DNA of 63,422 nucleotides, counting the filler, from Rhabdomonas costata (lineage: Eukaryota), in the NCBI GenBank assembly GCA_019059605.1. It is 53 parts of 53 records of this genome, joined end to end, with 100 filler letters (N's around TTAATTAATTAA, not from the genome) between each part and the next. Parts side by side here need not be neighbours in the genome. Positions count along the whole stretch, not along the records: positions 10,788 to 11,885 come from JAHMHO010028703.1; positions 11,986 to 13,083 come from JAHMHO010028704.1; positions 13,184 to 14,283 come from JAHMHO010028705.1; positions 14,384 to 15,481 come from JAHMHO010028706.1; positions 15,582 to 16,679 come from JAHMHO010028707.1; positions 16,780 to 17,877 come from JAHMHO010028708.1; positions 17,978 to 19,075 come from JAHMHO010028709.1; positions 19,176 to 20,273 come from JAHMHO010028710.1; 45 more parts are not named here. The stretch is one strand, 5' to 3'. Each line of letters opens with the position of its first letter. Positions within the stretch are counted from its first letter, which is position 1. Below the pieces are notes generated by a model that saw only the letters and a list, made by a program, of their open reading frames with translations, had not been told where the DNA came from and did no database searches. The position numbers and the translations under genes are program-made. Shown in pieces: positions 11,002-24,229 of the stretch.

Positions 11002-12547
11002 AGGGTTGAAAAATGGGAAACCAAGCTGGAGGCTTTGATCGAGCAGGCCGAACTTTGAGGATTTGGACCTTTGGGTTGGCTTCTGCCATCATCCCTCCCC
11101 GCAGTGGAGGCTGCATTTGATGCCGGCCGTGGACGCATTGCTGTTTGATGTGGTGGGCACGTTTGGTTCCCAAAGAATGTGCAGACGGATGTAGAGGACC
11201 ATTGGCCACTGAGCTGCGCGCCACATGTTGCTTCTGCGGAGCGGTGATCCTTTCATGGCACGGAACTTGCTCTGGCCATGGGAGAAGTGCTCTGTTTTTC
11301 TTGTGCTGCTTGCTGCACTGGTCCGCTCCATTTATGGCGGAAAAAATTGGGCGAGTCGAGGTTTAATTCCGTGACCTCTTAAGTACTTAAGTGTGGTGCG
11401 ACTCATACTCTTGGTAAATCACACAACTATTGGCGGCAAAGGGTATTCATTGCTCAATCCCGTCTTTCGTTGCAGTATCGATTGGGCAGAAAGCAAATGT
11501 TGTCGACTTTACAGTATGAGACCGAACCGAAGTTCACGATTCAGGGGCTTTGATCGATGATGATGATTGATGATGATGGGGGCTGCAGCATCGAGGGTGA
11601 AAGCAGGGACGGAGCGGAAATGTTTTTACCTGCAGTAGACACGCTCACATTTTTTTCGGCTTGGCGGGTGCTACTAACCCTTGCAGTGGTCAGAAGTGGT
11701 TGCAGCACCAGTGTGTATCTAGTTTGAAAGCAACCTTTGTCACTTCCCCGCGTGGTGACTGTTCTGTTTCTTAGTTGTGCCCAATTTTGTATCAGCGGTT
11801 TCTGTTCGCTGCCCCAGCCTTCCAGTAATTATCTCAGTCTTTCAATCCCTATTTGAAAGTTCTGTGGATTTCTGCCCAACAAAAANNNNNNNNNNNNNNN
11901 NNNNNNNNNNNNNNNNNNNNNNNNNNNNNTTAATTAATTAANNNNNNNNNNNNNNNNNNNNNNNNNNNNNNNNNNNNNNNNNNNNTGTTTTTTTGGTAGG
12001 GGCACCGGTGGGTGCCTGAGGGTGAGTTCGGAGGGGCAGTGAATATACAGCAGACCTCGCCGTTCGCTCCATTCGTCCTCCTGGCTGAACGGCTCTCCCT
12101 GCTTCGTTGCAGCCCTTCATATGCACCGGGATACTGGTGGTACTGTGTCCTGCTATCGTCGGATAATTTTCGCGTGCATTCATTAGCGATCTTGCGTGTA
12201 TGGCATCAGAACAAGATTCGGTGCGGCGGAAGTTGGGAGGCGGGGGGAAACGGTTCCTGTGGTTACTGTTACCAGTGGTATCCGTTTACCACACCTCCTC
12301 ACTTTACATTGGGTCCAAGATTCCCATTCCCAAACCCCAACCCCATTGTAGGTCGGTACAGGTTCCGGCAAGCTTTAGGGGGGTCAACCTTCAGGGGTCG
12401 CTTTAAATTGTGTGCTTAATCCAGGCCATCAATCCACACGAAAGCTCACCGTGCGCCGGTTAGAGGCCTTACATGGGAAAGACCACACAGGATGGAAGTT
12501 GGTATGTTGACAACGCGCCATTGTGTCGGCAGCTGATTTGTGTGCAC

Positions 12548-12663
12548 GTGTGCGTGATCAGCACCCATTTTTAGCAGCAGTCTGGTGACTTCCAGATGGC
12601 CACGAACCGTCGCCTCGTGCAGAGGTTGTGAGCCGTCAGAGGCAGCTTGGCTGATATCAGCAC
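12548..12663 (-). CDS. Ankyrin-repeat exon
   Basis: tttcag|GADISQAASDGSQPLHEATVRGHLEVTRLLLKMGADH. Confidence 0.75.
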
Positions 12664-13850
12664 CTGAAACAGTAGAAAAAAACTCCGAACCTGCCCCCTG
12701 CGGCCCCGCAGTAGTATGGCGCAACGCCCCCCTCCCCTTTCCCCCAGATCGTGCAGGTTTCCTGGTTTACCGAGGGGGGACAACCAATAAAAGCAGCTTT
12801 AACCGCCAGGTTCTAACTCTCACCTACCACAATGCCACCACGATCAAGAACTCTCCCTAAGTCGAACCAATACGGTGACAGCGACATCCACAGCAGGTGA
12901 ACAGTGCCCTCCACACTGAGTTGATTCTTTATCATTGATGAAACAGTCACGGCAGCCGCGCACAGAGTGTTCAGGGTCCGCGAAAAGGCAATGCAGTAAT
13001 TTGCACTGGTTGTAAAGGACTTGATGGAGAATGCGTGGAGGTCGAATAATCATACAGGGAATTGTGAAGAAAAAAAACCGGAGNNNNNNNNNNNNNNNNN
13101 NNNNNNNNNNNNNNNNNNNNNNNNNNNTTAATTAATTAANNNNNNNNNNNNNNNNNNNNNNNNNNNNNNNNNNNNNNNNNNNNTGTGGGGGTGTGCCGCG
13201 AGTTGGGAGGGGAAGGGAGGGGAGGGGAGGAACTTGGATCTTGAGCCCCTCCGTTGCGCTCTGTGTTCCAAGACATCAAGACATCCTGGACTCCCTAAAA
13301 AAAATGTCTGTTTCGAGCCTTAAACTTAAGCCTTAAGCCGCGCCTGGATGCCGCGCCTGGATGAAGTGGGATCATTTTCTTAGGTATTGCTGTGGTGAAA
13401 GCAACCTGCACAAAAGAGAGGCAGCGGGACGTGTAAGGATTGCCTGTCCGACACACTTCGCTAGGTCACTGTTCCACTCCGGATGTCAAACACACATATC
13501 CCAGACAACGGTATTGCCTAATTCAGCGGACTTAATCACGTTGACGAGCGGGGACGAAAGAACGAAGAGGGCACATGTGGTGATCACAATTCAGCATTTT
13601 CTTCTCGATGCATTCTCCCGTCAGCCCTCACACACGTGTAAAATTGCATTGCCCATTACTCACTTGAACATTCCGATGCGCATATTGAGGGTTTTCGCAT
13701 GAGCAGAAACTAGTGGCTCGTCATGACTCTCCTTAATAAGCTGTTTCAAGCGAAGCGGAGTGTCCTTCCACAATTGTTGATTTGCAGTTCTGGATAGGCA
13801 AAGAGTGCATATTCCAAGTTTCGCTTGAAGAGTGGGGTGCCGGCTCACAG

Positions 13851-14001
13851 CTATGGGATGAGCCCTTCAGAGATGAAGGCCCTGGCGGACGAGCAGCGGC
13901 GGCGGCTGTACCTGAAGAAGACCCAGCTGCCGCCTGCGCTGAGCGTGTTCACCCCATTTGCTCGGATTGTGGAGTCTACCAAGGCCCGTCTGTCCTGCCA
14001 G
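13851..14001 (+). CDS. Exon of an unidentified protein
   Basis: GC-rich third positions and cacag|...|gtttcc boundaries; YGMSPSEMKALADEQRRRLYLKKTQLPP... Confidence 0.45.
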
Positions 14002-17000
14002 GTTTCCATGTGCGATCCCTCGATTTTCAGTTGCGGCGTTTCTTTGAAATTCCGCCAAATACACCAAAAAAGTGCATATAACATGGTTCAGAGTAAAAAA
14101 AGATATGGGCACTGCGGCACAAGCACAGGAGTTTTTGAAGCGGATGGGTAGCAGTACCAAAACACAAAAAACAATAAAGGAGAATCGCGCGCGAGAGAGA
14201 GAGAGAGAAGGGGGATGAGCAGTGTTCTGAGTGAGCACAAACGTCACAGAGGAAAACAGGCGGGACACAATGACACACACACCNNNNNNNNNNNNNNNNN
14301 NNNNNNNNNNNNNNNNNNNNNNNNNNNTTAATTAATTAANNNNNNNNNNNNNNNNNNNNNNNNNNNNNNNNNNNNNNNNNNNNTTGTTTGTTGTAATGTG
14401 CATGCCTCCGAGATGAGTCCTCCCGTTGGCTCCCTCGTTCCCCCACTGACTTGGGCTACAGGTTGTACGCAAAAACTCACTAGAAGCTACAGCTGATTGT
14501 TGTTTAGCTTCGCCTCGCAGACCTCGGAGGCTGGGCAGGAGGAGTGCGGAGATCCAGGCCCTCAGAATGACAAGGAACCAGCACAAGGGGGCGGGGTCGC
14601 CGCTCCAGAGTGACGGTCCCCCCAGACTCTGTCATTGGGCTCCATGCGCTAGAGTTTCGGGTAAACCCGGCGGAGGAAGGCCGCAGCATTTGAAAGGTTG
14701 AGGGGAGGAGGCAGCTACACACAGTTTTGCTTCCCTTTGCTTTAAATGAAAGGGTGCAAAAAAATGGGCGAGACGAAAAAAATAAACGGCGGAATGGAGC
14801 CTAAGTCAAAGCGCGCTGCGAAATATGACTGAGGCTAAAGACTAAAGGCTGGATTACCAAAAGAAGGGCAACCGAAGATGAGTTGGAAGTCAAAGCCTAT
14901 TGCAAACTCATTGGTCAGGCTTGCAGGTGACGCCAGCTTCCACACAGCCAGCGAGAAACCCTCGGCATGCTTTCGGGCTGCGTGGAAAATGGAGCGGTAG
15001 CCACGCGTCGGGGCAGCCAAGTATTTCTTTCATGCCCTTGCAAGCAAGCTGCCCGAGCCAAAGAAAAGCCGTTTCTTTTTGAGATGCCCCTTCATCCCCC
15101 GAATACAGACATTCTGTGGTGGAAGCGGAGGTGACCCTTCTTGAAGCTGATATCCGACATTCACTTCAACGGAAAGCTTCTTCCCGACCGGCCAATTACT
15201 GCGTCATGAACGGAAAGGTCCGGAAAGGTCGGCACTGCAGAAAAAACGCACTTCCCAGAAAGTTTCCAGGACTTCCCCAAAAGCGCATAAAAAACGCAGT
15301 AAAAGAGCTGCAGGCGACGTATTTGCACAGATCGACCGCTCCGGGTCCAACTTGCGGTAGAAAACCAAAAACATATACACCACCAAAATAATTCACAACA
15401 GGGGTCTCCTGTCTCTCTCTTAATCTCAGCTCACCCCATTCAAAAAAAACTCCATCAACTCCCCTACAACTCCAACAAAACNNNNNNNNNNNNNNNNNNN
15501 NNNNNNNNNNNNNNNNNNNNNNNNNTTAATTAATTAANNNNNNNNNNNNNNNNNNNNNNNNNNNNNNNNNNNNNNNNNNNNTGTTTGTTTTATTTTTGAT
15601 GTTGCTGTCTGTGCTTTTTTGCTCCTCAAATGGACACTGGCACCCCGTTTGTGCTGCATGCCCTTTGATTGAAAGTTTATCTTGCAAAATTAGATTAAAT
15701 AACCCACCCATACGAACGAACTGACGATCGCCCAAGTGCCCAACGTCAATGGCGTTATCAAAGGAACTGTTCTGTTCGGAGCCATTTTCCTAGGGTTGTG
15801 TTTTGAATTTGTCCGTAGGATTTTTGTGATATCCTCTCTATGGTGGAAGTTCTACGAGATCCGCTACGCCGCTCATTTTGGTATGAAGGATGACTCCGGC
15901 GCTACCATTGATACGGTGTGTGCGTGACTGTTTGAAACGCAAACCGCATAAGTGCCTATTTTTCATCTGGAAAACTTTCGTGGAATGTCGTAACACCTTA
16001 GTGAACCTGCGCGCTTAAGAGAGCCTGAAAGTCTGGGCTGCAGATCATTGCACCATTGGCCAACTGACGGTACGTGGGAGGGCAAATCAAAATAATCCCC
16101 CCACTGAGATGGGGGTGGGATAGCCAGTGGTATTTGGGAGAGGCAAATGCTGAGCTCTGGCGTGCAACTTCGTTGACTGGAACACAAGTACTGTCCGAGG
16201 CACGATTGTTTCATTGTTTCATATGTCGGCGCGGACTTGACGCAAACCCGCAAAATCTGAGTGATAGAAGCGAATGATCAAAAGAGTGAACTCCTGGAAT
16301 GGAATAGCGTTTCATTGTCACCTTCAGCTGTCATCTCGTTTATTCACAACTTTCGCAGAAGTGTACCAAATGCACTTTACCAATTCTTCCCATTCTGTAG
16401 CCGTCCCACGGATATCGGTAGTAAAGAAAAAATAGTGAAAAATTACCTCACACCACCACCATACAAGTTGGGGTGACGAAACGAGCGGCACCTGCCTATT
16501 GCCCTAGGTATACACCTACTCCGACCTACTCCGGGGTGGAAACCCGGACTCCTACCTCCGGTTTGCTTCCTTTGCGCCGGAAAGACCACTTTTTTACCCA
16601 AGGGATCGAAATTCCCTCATGCTGACCCTTTTCAAGCTCTATTCGAGGCCGAAACGGGCATTTTTCCATACACACCACCNNNNNNNNNNNNNNNNNNNNN
16701 NNNNNNNNNNNNNNNNNNNNNNNTTAATTAATTAANNNNNNNNNNNNNNNNNNNNNNNNNNNNNNNNNNNNNNNNNNNNTTTTGGGTGTGAGAGAGAGGG
16801 GAGGGGGTGGCGTTATGGGTCGACTTGGGCTTGGGTTGAATGCCTAGTCTGTGCGCCGAGCGTTTTCGCGGGACCCTCAATGGTCCCGCAAGCTGCAGCC
16901 TGTCCTGATCGCCATGGAACTGCTTGTGTGTCCTTGGGTTTGGACCTTTGTGGCTTCTGTTCCAATAGAGTGAGAGATAACTACCCAAGGGTGATCTCGA

Positions 17001-17367
17001 AGATCCTTGGAATATTACCACATATTGGAGAGTTTTCTTCCCCCACTATTATCTCTGCACGGAATGGTGTGATGGTTTTGGGCATTTGCGAGCCGTTCAC
17101 AATGGTTCGCGAGTGCCACGGTTTCCGGGCCCTATGCACTTAGGAAGGATCTGCGACCTCACCAGCCCTCGCGTGGATGTGGAGATGCTGTTCGACACCT
17201 TCAGGCACTTTACTTTTCACCCCCTTTCTTTCCTATTTTGGTGCCTGTGCCTGTCATTTTCCGTCGTGGTGCATAGTTGGCTGTAAACGCTGGTGGTCAC
17301 ACCAACGTGCGAAGAAGAAGCCTCGATCCACTCTCCGTCTTTTTCATGCTCGTCCGGTTGGCGACAG

Positions 17368-17643
17368 GCTGCAGCTGCGGCCTGGGCACTACGAGAAGCT
17401 GCTGCACACCCTGAGCTACTTCACGAACTTCCCCCGCCTGGACCGCTTCCGACAGTTCCGGCCCAGCCCCGGGGTGAGACCGCGGCGCGGTGGGGATGGC
17501 TCCGCTGCGCGGCAATGGTGGGCCTTCGCTCTGCGCAGCGTTACCCTGCTGCTCCGCGAGGACCGCCACCGCCTCAGGCTGGACTGGGACTGGCTGAGGC
17601 TGCGCAAGGGCTACCGCGAGAGCTACATCGCCCTGCACAAGAG
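17368..17643 (+). CDS. VPS13: VPS13-family lipid transfer protein, N-terminal region exon
   Basis: HYEKLLHTLSYF...RQFRP...ARQWWAFALRSV...DWDWL...YIALHK. Bounded by cag|...AG|gtacac, phase 2-2. Confidence 0.7.
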
Positions 17644-18004
17644 GTACACGTTGCCCTCCACCTCAGCCCCCGTCTCCCGCATACCTGACAGGGTAACCGT
17701 TACCCTTTCCCAAGCTGAGTCATTCTGATTCTCCCAATTGTACGTCGTCTGCTTTTCTTGAGTGTTGTGAAAGCCGTCTAAGAAAAGGAAACGTGCCTCT
17801 CAATCACCCCTAATCTCGTACAAGCAAGATGGAACCCTAACCCAACCCAACCCATGGTTTCCAACGAAGCCACAACCNNNNNNNNNNNNNNNNNNNNNNN
17901 NNNNNNNNNNNNNNNNNNNNNTTAATTAATTAANNNNNNNNNNNNNNNNNNNNNNNNNNNNNNNNNNNNNNNNNNNNACAGACAAAATAACATAATATCC
18001 TTAA

Positions 18005-18071
18005 GAGGGCTAAGCCGAAGCAGGCCTGGGGTCTTTTGTATATACAGCAGGCCTGCTTCGGCTTAGCCCTC
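18005..18071. repeat. 24-bp perfect inverted repeat whose arm recurs at 21986-22013
   Basis: GAGGGCTAAGCCGAAGCAGGCCTG, 19-nt loop, then the reverse complement. 26 of 28 nt match at 21986-22013. Confidence 0.8.
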
Positions 18072-20704
18072 AATACCCCTCACCTTTGTTACACTGTATA
18101 TTGTATAATAATGCCACACGTATAACAACGTCATACACCAGTGGTCGCGTTCCACAGACAAAGTACCATCGGCAAGCACCTGGGATCTTGGGCCGCGGAG
18201 AGCAACGGGGCATATAGCAATGCTATACGTACAATATTGTTATACGCATAACACTGCTACACGCGTATAACATTGTCGAATGTTTAACGTTATTATACAT
18301 GTGAGGGCTGCCCCCACCACCACCAAAAAAGTACAGCTGCCGCAACTCAGACGTTTTTTTTCCGAGATGTTAAATGTTCCACATTGCTGGCCTTCAAGCA
18401 AATCGGACCCGAAGCGGGTCACCAGCCTGTGGTTCAACCCAGGAACTCCAGGAGCTCCCTCCCAACAACATCCACATGTTGGTTAGCTCAGCTTCTTGCT
18501 TCTTGAGACCGCATGCCGCTATGTGGCTGTTCAGACAACCAACGCTTTTTGCTCCAGCGCATTCCACATCCCCTCGCCAACAGGAACAGAGCAATGGACA
18601 CAAATGTCTTGAAGAGGAGGCGCAGTGGCGTGCAGCACAAAACGTTGGAAAAGGGTGTTTCAAACAACAATGGCGAAAATCACAGGGGGGGGGCAGATTA
18701 AAATGGACGGAAAGCTTGTGGCACTGTATCCACCAACCAGATGCATGATGATGACCGGGGGATCAACATCACGCATCCCAAAGGAATTGCCCCAAGCAAA
18801 ACATCAACACACAGAGAAAGAGCGCTACCCGCTGAGGTGCCACGAACAAAACCTTTCGGCTCGGTGGGGAAAAGACCTACAGGACAAAAACCTGGTTCAG
18901 AGTCACACCCTTTCATTAAGAGAGCTCGCGGGTGGTGGTAACTACAAGGTACAAAAAAACCAATTTCTTTCTAGAGAAGGATGCTGCTGGTTGAAGGGGA
19001 AACTTCCGAAAAGACAAATGGATCCTGGGGCACGTAAGAAACAGCGCTGTATGAACCTCCCAATAATTGAGAAAANNNNNNNNNNNNNNNNNNNNNNNNN
19101 NNNNNNNNNNNNNNNNNNNTTAATTAATTAANNNNNNNNNNNNNNNNNNNNNNNNNNNNNNNNNNNNNNNNNNNNCCGTTTTTTCCCCCCAAAGAAAAAC
19201 AGAAACATATTTGCGTGCAAAAGAGAAGGGCCAAGCGCAGGTGGCACGTAAGGTACAGTATTACACAAAACGAAAGACAATCAGTGAAACAGGACGACGC
19301 AAGTCCCAAAGGTCCAACATTTGCCCCTTGAGGAATTGAGGAAGGGGCAACTCACTCAGGCGACCACGACAGCCCTGGGCGGCGGGACCGGCCTTCACTT
19401 CCGACGTGTGCCAGGGGCAGATACAGGCTCTGAAGACGCGACAGAAGCGATACGACAAACAAACAAGGAACAGAAACGCCTCTCTCCTCCTCCAGCAGAA
19501 ACAGTGTAAAAATGGCCAAAGGAAAAAGGAAAAGAGAGCACTGACACTGTACGTCGGGTACCTTTTGCGGGGCAGCGGCGTTGAGCACCGGCGGTTGCCA
19601 TGCTCGCGGGAGGAGCAGGCCCGGGGGCCACATGCTGCGGTGCTGCCGACCGAACAGCCGTGTTCCCCGTATAAAAAAAAAGAGACGAATAGTTCGCAGC
19701 CAAGGGGAACATCGATCACACCCACACCCACATCCACACCCACACCCACACCCACACACACTGTGGGCCCTCCTTCACTGTGTCTCGAAGTGCACGAACA
19801 CGCTCACCGTGAGGAAGGGGTCCACTGTGCGAGAACGAGCCGGCGTGCGCATCTAAGACAGGACCGCGTCTAGGACCTCTTTTCTCTTTTCCCTCATTAC
19901 TCTTCTCTTTCCTCGGTTTTTCCTCTTCTTTGAAGATGGTCCCTCTTCCGGTCCCAGTCAAAAATATCTTTCAGCAAGAGGCGGAGAGGAGGAGGGGGCA
20001 GGCCTGCCGACGCCGCCGTAGCCGCAGCAATCGCCGTGGAAGTGGGCGAGGAGGTGGGACCGTGGGGGTGAGCCACAGGGGAAGGGCGGCGGAACACGGC
20101 CTGATTGGTGGTGACCGCCTCGGGCCCCAGCCCGTAGCCCAGCAGAGGGCGCACGCCCGCCGCGGGCTTACTCTGCGGAAGGCACCGCAATGCGAAGAGT
20201 GTGGGAGTGGCTGGATGGGATATTTGCCACAAAACCACAACCTTTCAACCTATAAGTATAGAAACAACAAAACNNNNNNNNNNNNNNNNNNNNNNNNNNN
20301 NNNNNNNNNNNNNNNNNTTAATTAATTAANNNNNNNNNNNNNNNNNNNNNNNNNNNNNNNNNNNNNNNNNNNNTTTGTTGGGGATGACGTCGGTTTGTGG
20401 CTCCTGCCCTGCAGTGCTTTGCTTGCGCCCTCTGTGTATGGCGGGGGGGGGGGCGGTGTATTTTGCAGCTCAGGTAATGTATCCTTATGGATATTGGGGC
20501 GGCAGTCGTGAAGGCTGATATGGGTCACTTGATATGGGTCACTGGACGCTGAGCCATGGGATCTGCTCATGACATGAAGATGTGGTAGCTTCGGTAAGCT
20601 TCACGTTGCTCTCGTCATTGTACTGCCTCCAGAGTTAAATCTTGAGGTTGTGAGGCTTTAGATGGAGTGTTTACCCGTCCTTTTTTTGGTTGGTGGCATG
20701 GCAG

Positions 20705-21234
20705 AGGTCAACCAGCGGGTGGTGGCTCTGAAGCTGGAGCAGATGGGCGTGACCAATGTGCGGGCTGTGAGCAGCGGGGCGGAGGCACTGCGGGTGGCGC
20801 ACTCCGTGGTGGTTCCCTTCGACTTAGTGCTTATGGACGTGTGAGCCACCTCCCCCCTTCCCCTCCGCCATGGTACCCCCAATATGCTGTTGCATAGTCC
20901 TCGCATTTTGCCCGCACAGCGCTTTCCTCGGCAAATATTTTCACCATTGTGCATGTAGCCTGTAGAAGCAGACACCCTCTGTCGGCATACACGGGTGATG
21001 TCCAGGGAAGCGGTGCGTGTGTGAGGCGAACAGCACGAGGCGTTTGGAACGGGATGTCCGGAATGCCTCGCTCCGCTGACATGCCTCTCATGTCGCATGT
21101 CCCCCTCCAGATGGTGAGCACCGTGCTCATCTTTTTCCTCACAGGCCATGATGCCCGAGATGACGGGCTTCGAGGCCACCCGCCTGCTGAAGGCCGACCC
21201 CAGGTACGCCGCCGTGCCTGTGGTGGGGTGCAGC
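20705..21234 (+). CDS. Response-regulator receiver (REC) domain, exons 20705-20838 and 21145-~21234
   Basis: EVNQRVVALKLEQMG...SSGAEAL...FDLVLMD|AMMPEMTGFEATRLLK...VPVVGCS, split by a GT-AG intron. The 3' end of exon 2 is uncertain. Confidence 0.85.
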
Positions 21235-21707
21235 GTGGAACAAGGGGTTGTGGTACCCGGTGCTGTGGCCGAGCCCTCCTCTCAGCGGACATGGTTGCAG
21301 CTCGCGTTTGGGCTGCCCCGGACCTGCGCCGCGCTGGCGGAGGCCGGCGAGGACCCCACCCTTCCCGTGCGTCTACCCTTCTCCCAAACACGCATAGCAA
21401 CACTTCTCTTGGCAGACTGTCCTGTTGACAGACCAGATACCCGTCACGCGCAGGCACCCGCATGACCCCCCNNNNNNNNNNNNNNNNNNNNNNNNNNNNN
21501 NNNNNNNNNNNNNNNTTAATTAATTAANNNNNNNNNNNNNNNNNNNNNNNNNNNNNNNNNNNNNNNNNNNNTGTTGGGTGTGTTGGGGGTGGTGGTGGAA
21601 ATTGGAACAAATGCAGTACAAGCCAAACATGGCCCCGGTTCCTGTTTAATTACAGGCCGCAAAACAAACCCAAACGCAAGAGGCTAAACATCGTAAAGAG
21701 CGCACAC

Positions 21708-21801
21708 CAAACGTATAGCTGATCCACTCCACCAGCTCCATCGCCGCCAACTTCACCGAGGTGGCCGTAAAGTTGCAGATATCAGAGAAAAACACCGTCG
21801 C
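21708..21801 (-). CDS. Class III adenylyl/guanylyl cyclase catalytic-domain exon
   Basis: cag|ATVFFSDICNFTATSVKLAAMELVEWISYTF|gtgtgc. Confidence 0.85.
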
Positions 21802-22964
21802 CTGCAAACGATCAAACGGTTGCATGCCTTTGTCACGAAACCAGAATAAAATCAGAGAATCTACACCAAATGGGACGCTTAACGCCACACAAGGTTCAGA
21901 CATATGTTAGTACCCCTCTGTTTCGGTTGACTTGTTCGGATTTGCCTTTTAAATGCTTTTATAAAAAATACGAAGGTTTGAAAATGAGGGCTGAGCCGAA
22001 ACAGGCCTGGGGTTGAACCTCAATCAGGTCACTACTAAAGAGAAAGAGTGGGCAAAAAAGCAAATCACATACGACCACACAAAAGAAAGAAAATGTCCAT
22101 ATTCGCATGTCCTCAATCACTCCATTCGTAGGAGCATATGAATTGATCTTTTCACCCCAACCTACCACCACCTTACACCTCGGGTAGCTGAACTACGATA
22201 TGCTTCTCCCCGTTCAAGATTTGCTCAGTGGCAAACGGAGGGTAGAGCGCGGCCACAAGCTGCGAGATGAGAAAAGTACTCACACATCGAATGCTTAGAA
22301 ACACGCCCGCCATCCCTTTTCACCCTGCATACTACAGGACACACTGCTGCTGACACTGAAGACAAATTCGGGGAATCGCACGGGTTAAAAAAGCGTCCAG
22401 AAAGGGCTCTTTGCCTCGTCGTGGGACATCATGCACTCTCACGGGCAAGAATCTGCTGACACTCAAGGAATGATGAGGCCCGTATCCAGGGAAAACGTGA
22501 ATTGACGCAAAAATGGATCCCGAACCCCCATGTTGTAACTCGTGCAGGACGACAAGAGGTCGGCACATCGGCTGCACTTAGGGAGCATGGGAGCATGGGA
22601 GCATGAAGCCCGTATTACCATTTGGAAATCATTGGGTGGGAATCCAAGTACACAAAAAACAACAAAACCNNNNNNNNNNNNNNNNNNNNNNNNNNNNNNN
22701 NNNNNNNNNNNNNTTAATTAATTAANNNNNNNNNNNNNNNNNNNNNNNNNNNNNNNNNNNNNNNNNNNNGGTGTTTGTGGGGAAAGCTCCGTCTTCAGCA
22801 TCCACTCCGGCCAAAATAAAAACTCTGCGAAACTGCCAACAGAGAGCTGTATTCGAGTATTCAGATCTGGGAAATTGACTTCGGAGGAGAGGGGCGGGAT
22901 CGGGGCCCCCGGGATCAGTCATACAGGCTGACGTTGCTGCTTGAGTGGACAAAAACATGCACAC

Positions 22965-23322
22965 CTGTGCAGCAGTCTGCTTGGCTGCACGAAAGGGATG
23001 AGCACACCGTGCTCGCACCTTTGGCGGTGTGGCCGGAGGCACACCCAAAGCCCCCGCCACAAGTCGGGTTTGCTAAAGAAAATCAGTATTCCAAAAGCAT
23101 AAACCTGACAGCTCACAGGGTCTGATGAACCCAAGCAAAAGCCAAAAATAGACCCTTGGGTCGTGCAGGCGAGAACTTTTCTGTTGCTCCACTGAATGGT
23201 AAGTGAAGTATACACACCTGTGCAGCACTCCGCCTGGCTGCAAGGCAGAGAGGAGCACACAGTGCTTGCGCTATTCGCGGTGTGGCCCGAGGGGCAGGAG
23301 ACGGTGCTGCAAGTCGGGTTGG
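22965..23322 (-). CDS. Cys-rich repeat protein; two paralogous exons (23322-23218 and 23072-22965)
   Basis: NPTCSTVSCPSGHTANSASTVCSSLPCSQAECCT and NPTCGGGFGCASGHTAKGASTVCSSLSCSQADCCT, each bounded by ag|...G|gtgtg in phase 1-1. Confidence 0.8.
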
Positions 23323-23967
23323 CTGGGTGAAAAGAAAACAAAAAACAAAGTAGCCCGAAAAAGGAGGACAAGTGTGGAACCAAGAGGGACACAAACTTGG
23401 CAAATAACTCCAAACTTTAAACCCGGTTGTCGCTGGAGCACTGTCCGGAAGACAAGAAACAGTAGCCAGTTTGCCCAAAAATGCCTGGAAAAATGCTCAA
23501 AACACTAAAAAAAAAATCTGCGAAACTTACCCTTGAATTCGCTCCAATTCTCAAAATCACCCTCGTACCCTCGAAAAGTCAATTCCCTCCGCCGAATGAC
23601 CCTCCACGATGCCGGGAGGTGCCGGTGCAGGTAAGAATTACAGAAGGAAGACGTTCTTTGGGAGTGGAATGGGGACCCAGTCAACGAGAGTTTTACAAGA
23701 AGGAAAGGAATAAGAAGCATAGCAACAATGGTAACAATAGTAGTATGGCCCGAGTCATATCAAAAACAAGAGGTATGGAAGACACACAACAACAAAAGGT
23801 ACAAAAAAACCATCCATCAACACCAGCCTTTCTCCACCCCTTCTTAGCTTTTATGCCCCAAAATGCCNNNNNNNNNNNNNNNNNNNNNNNNNNNNNNNNN
23901 NNNNNNNNNNNTTAATTAATTAANNNNNNNNNNNNNNNNNNNNNNNNNNNNNNNNNNNNNNNNNNNN

Positions 23968-24005
<38 letters not shown>

Positions 24006-24078
24006 TTTGAGTGTTATATACAGTGTGATCTCAGGACTCACCAGTTCTCCGGAGGTCACACTGTATATAACACTCAAA

Positions 24079-24115
<37 letters not shown>

Positions 24116-24229
24116 TGTGCACTTGGCGAAAGACGACTTTTTTTGGGGAAGACTCGCGTTTCCAGATGCTGATTACTCTAATGCGGCAGCAGGCAGGAGC
24201 ACCATATCTCGCCAGAACGTCCTGTGTAC

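Noticed and set aside
23968-24112. (GT)n...(AC)n hairpin with unique inner arms
   Set aside because: It lies at the contig start and is primed on a CA repeat, so it is most likely a fold-back artefact.
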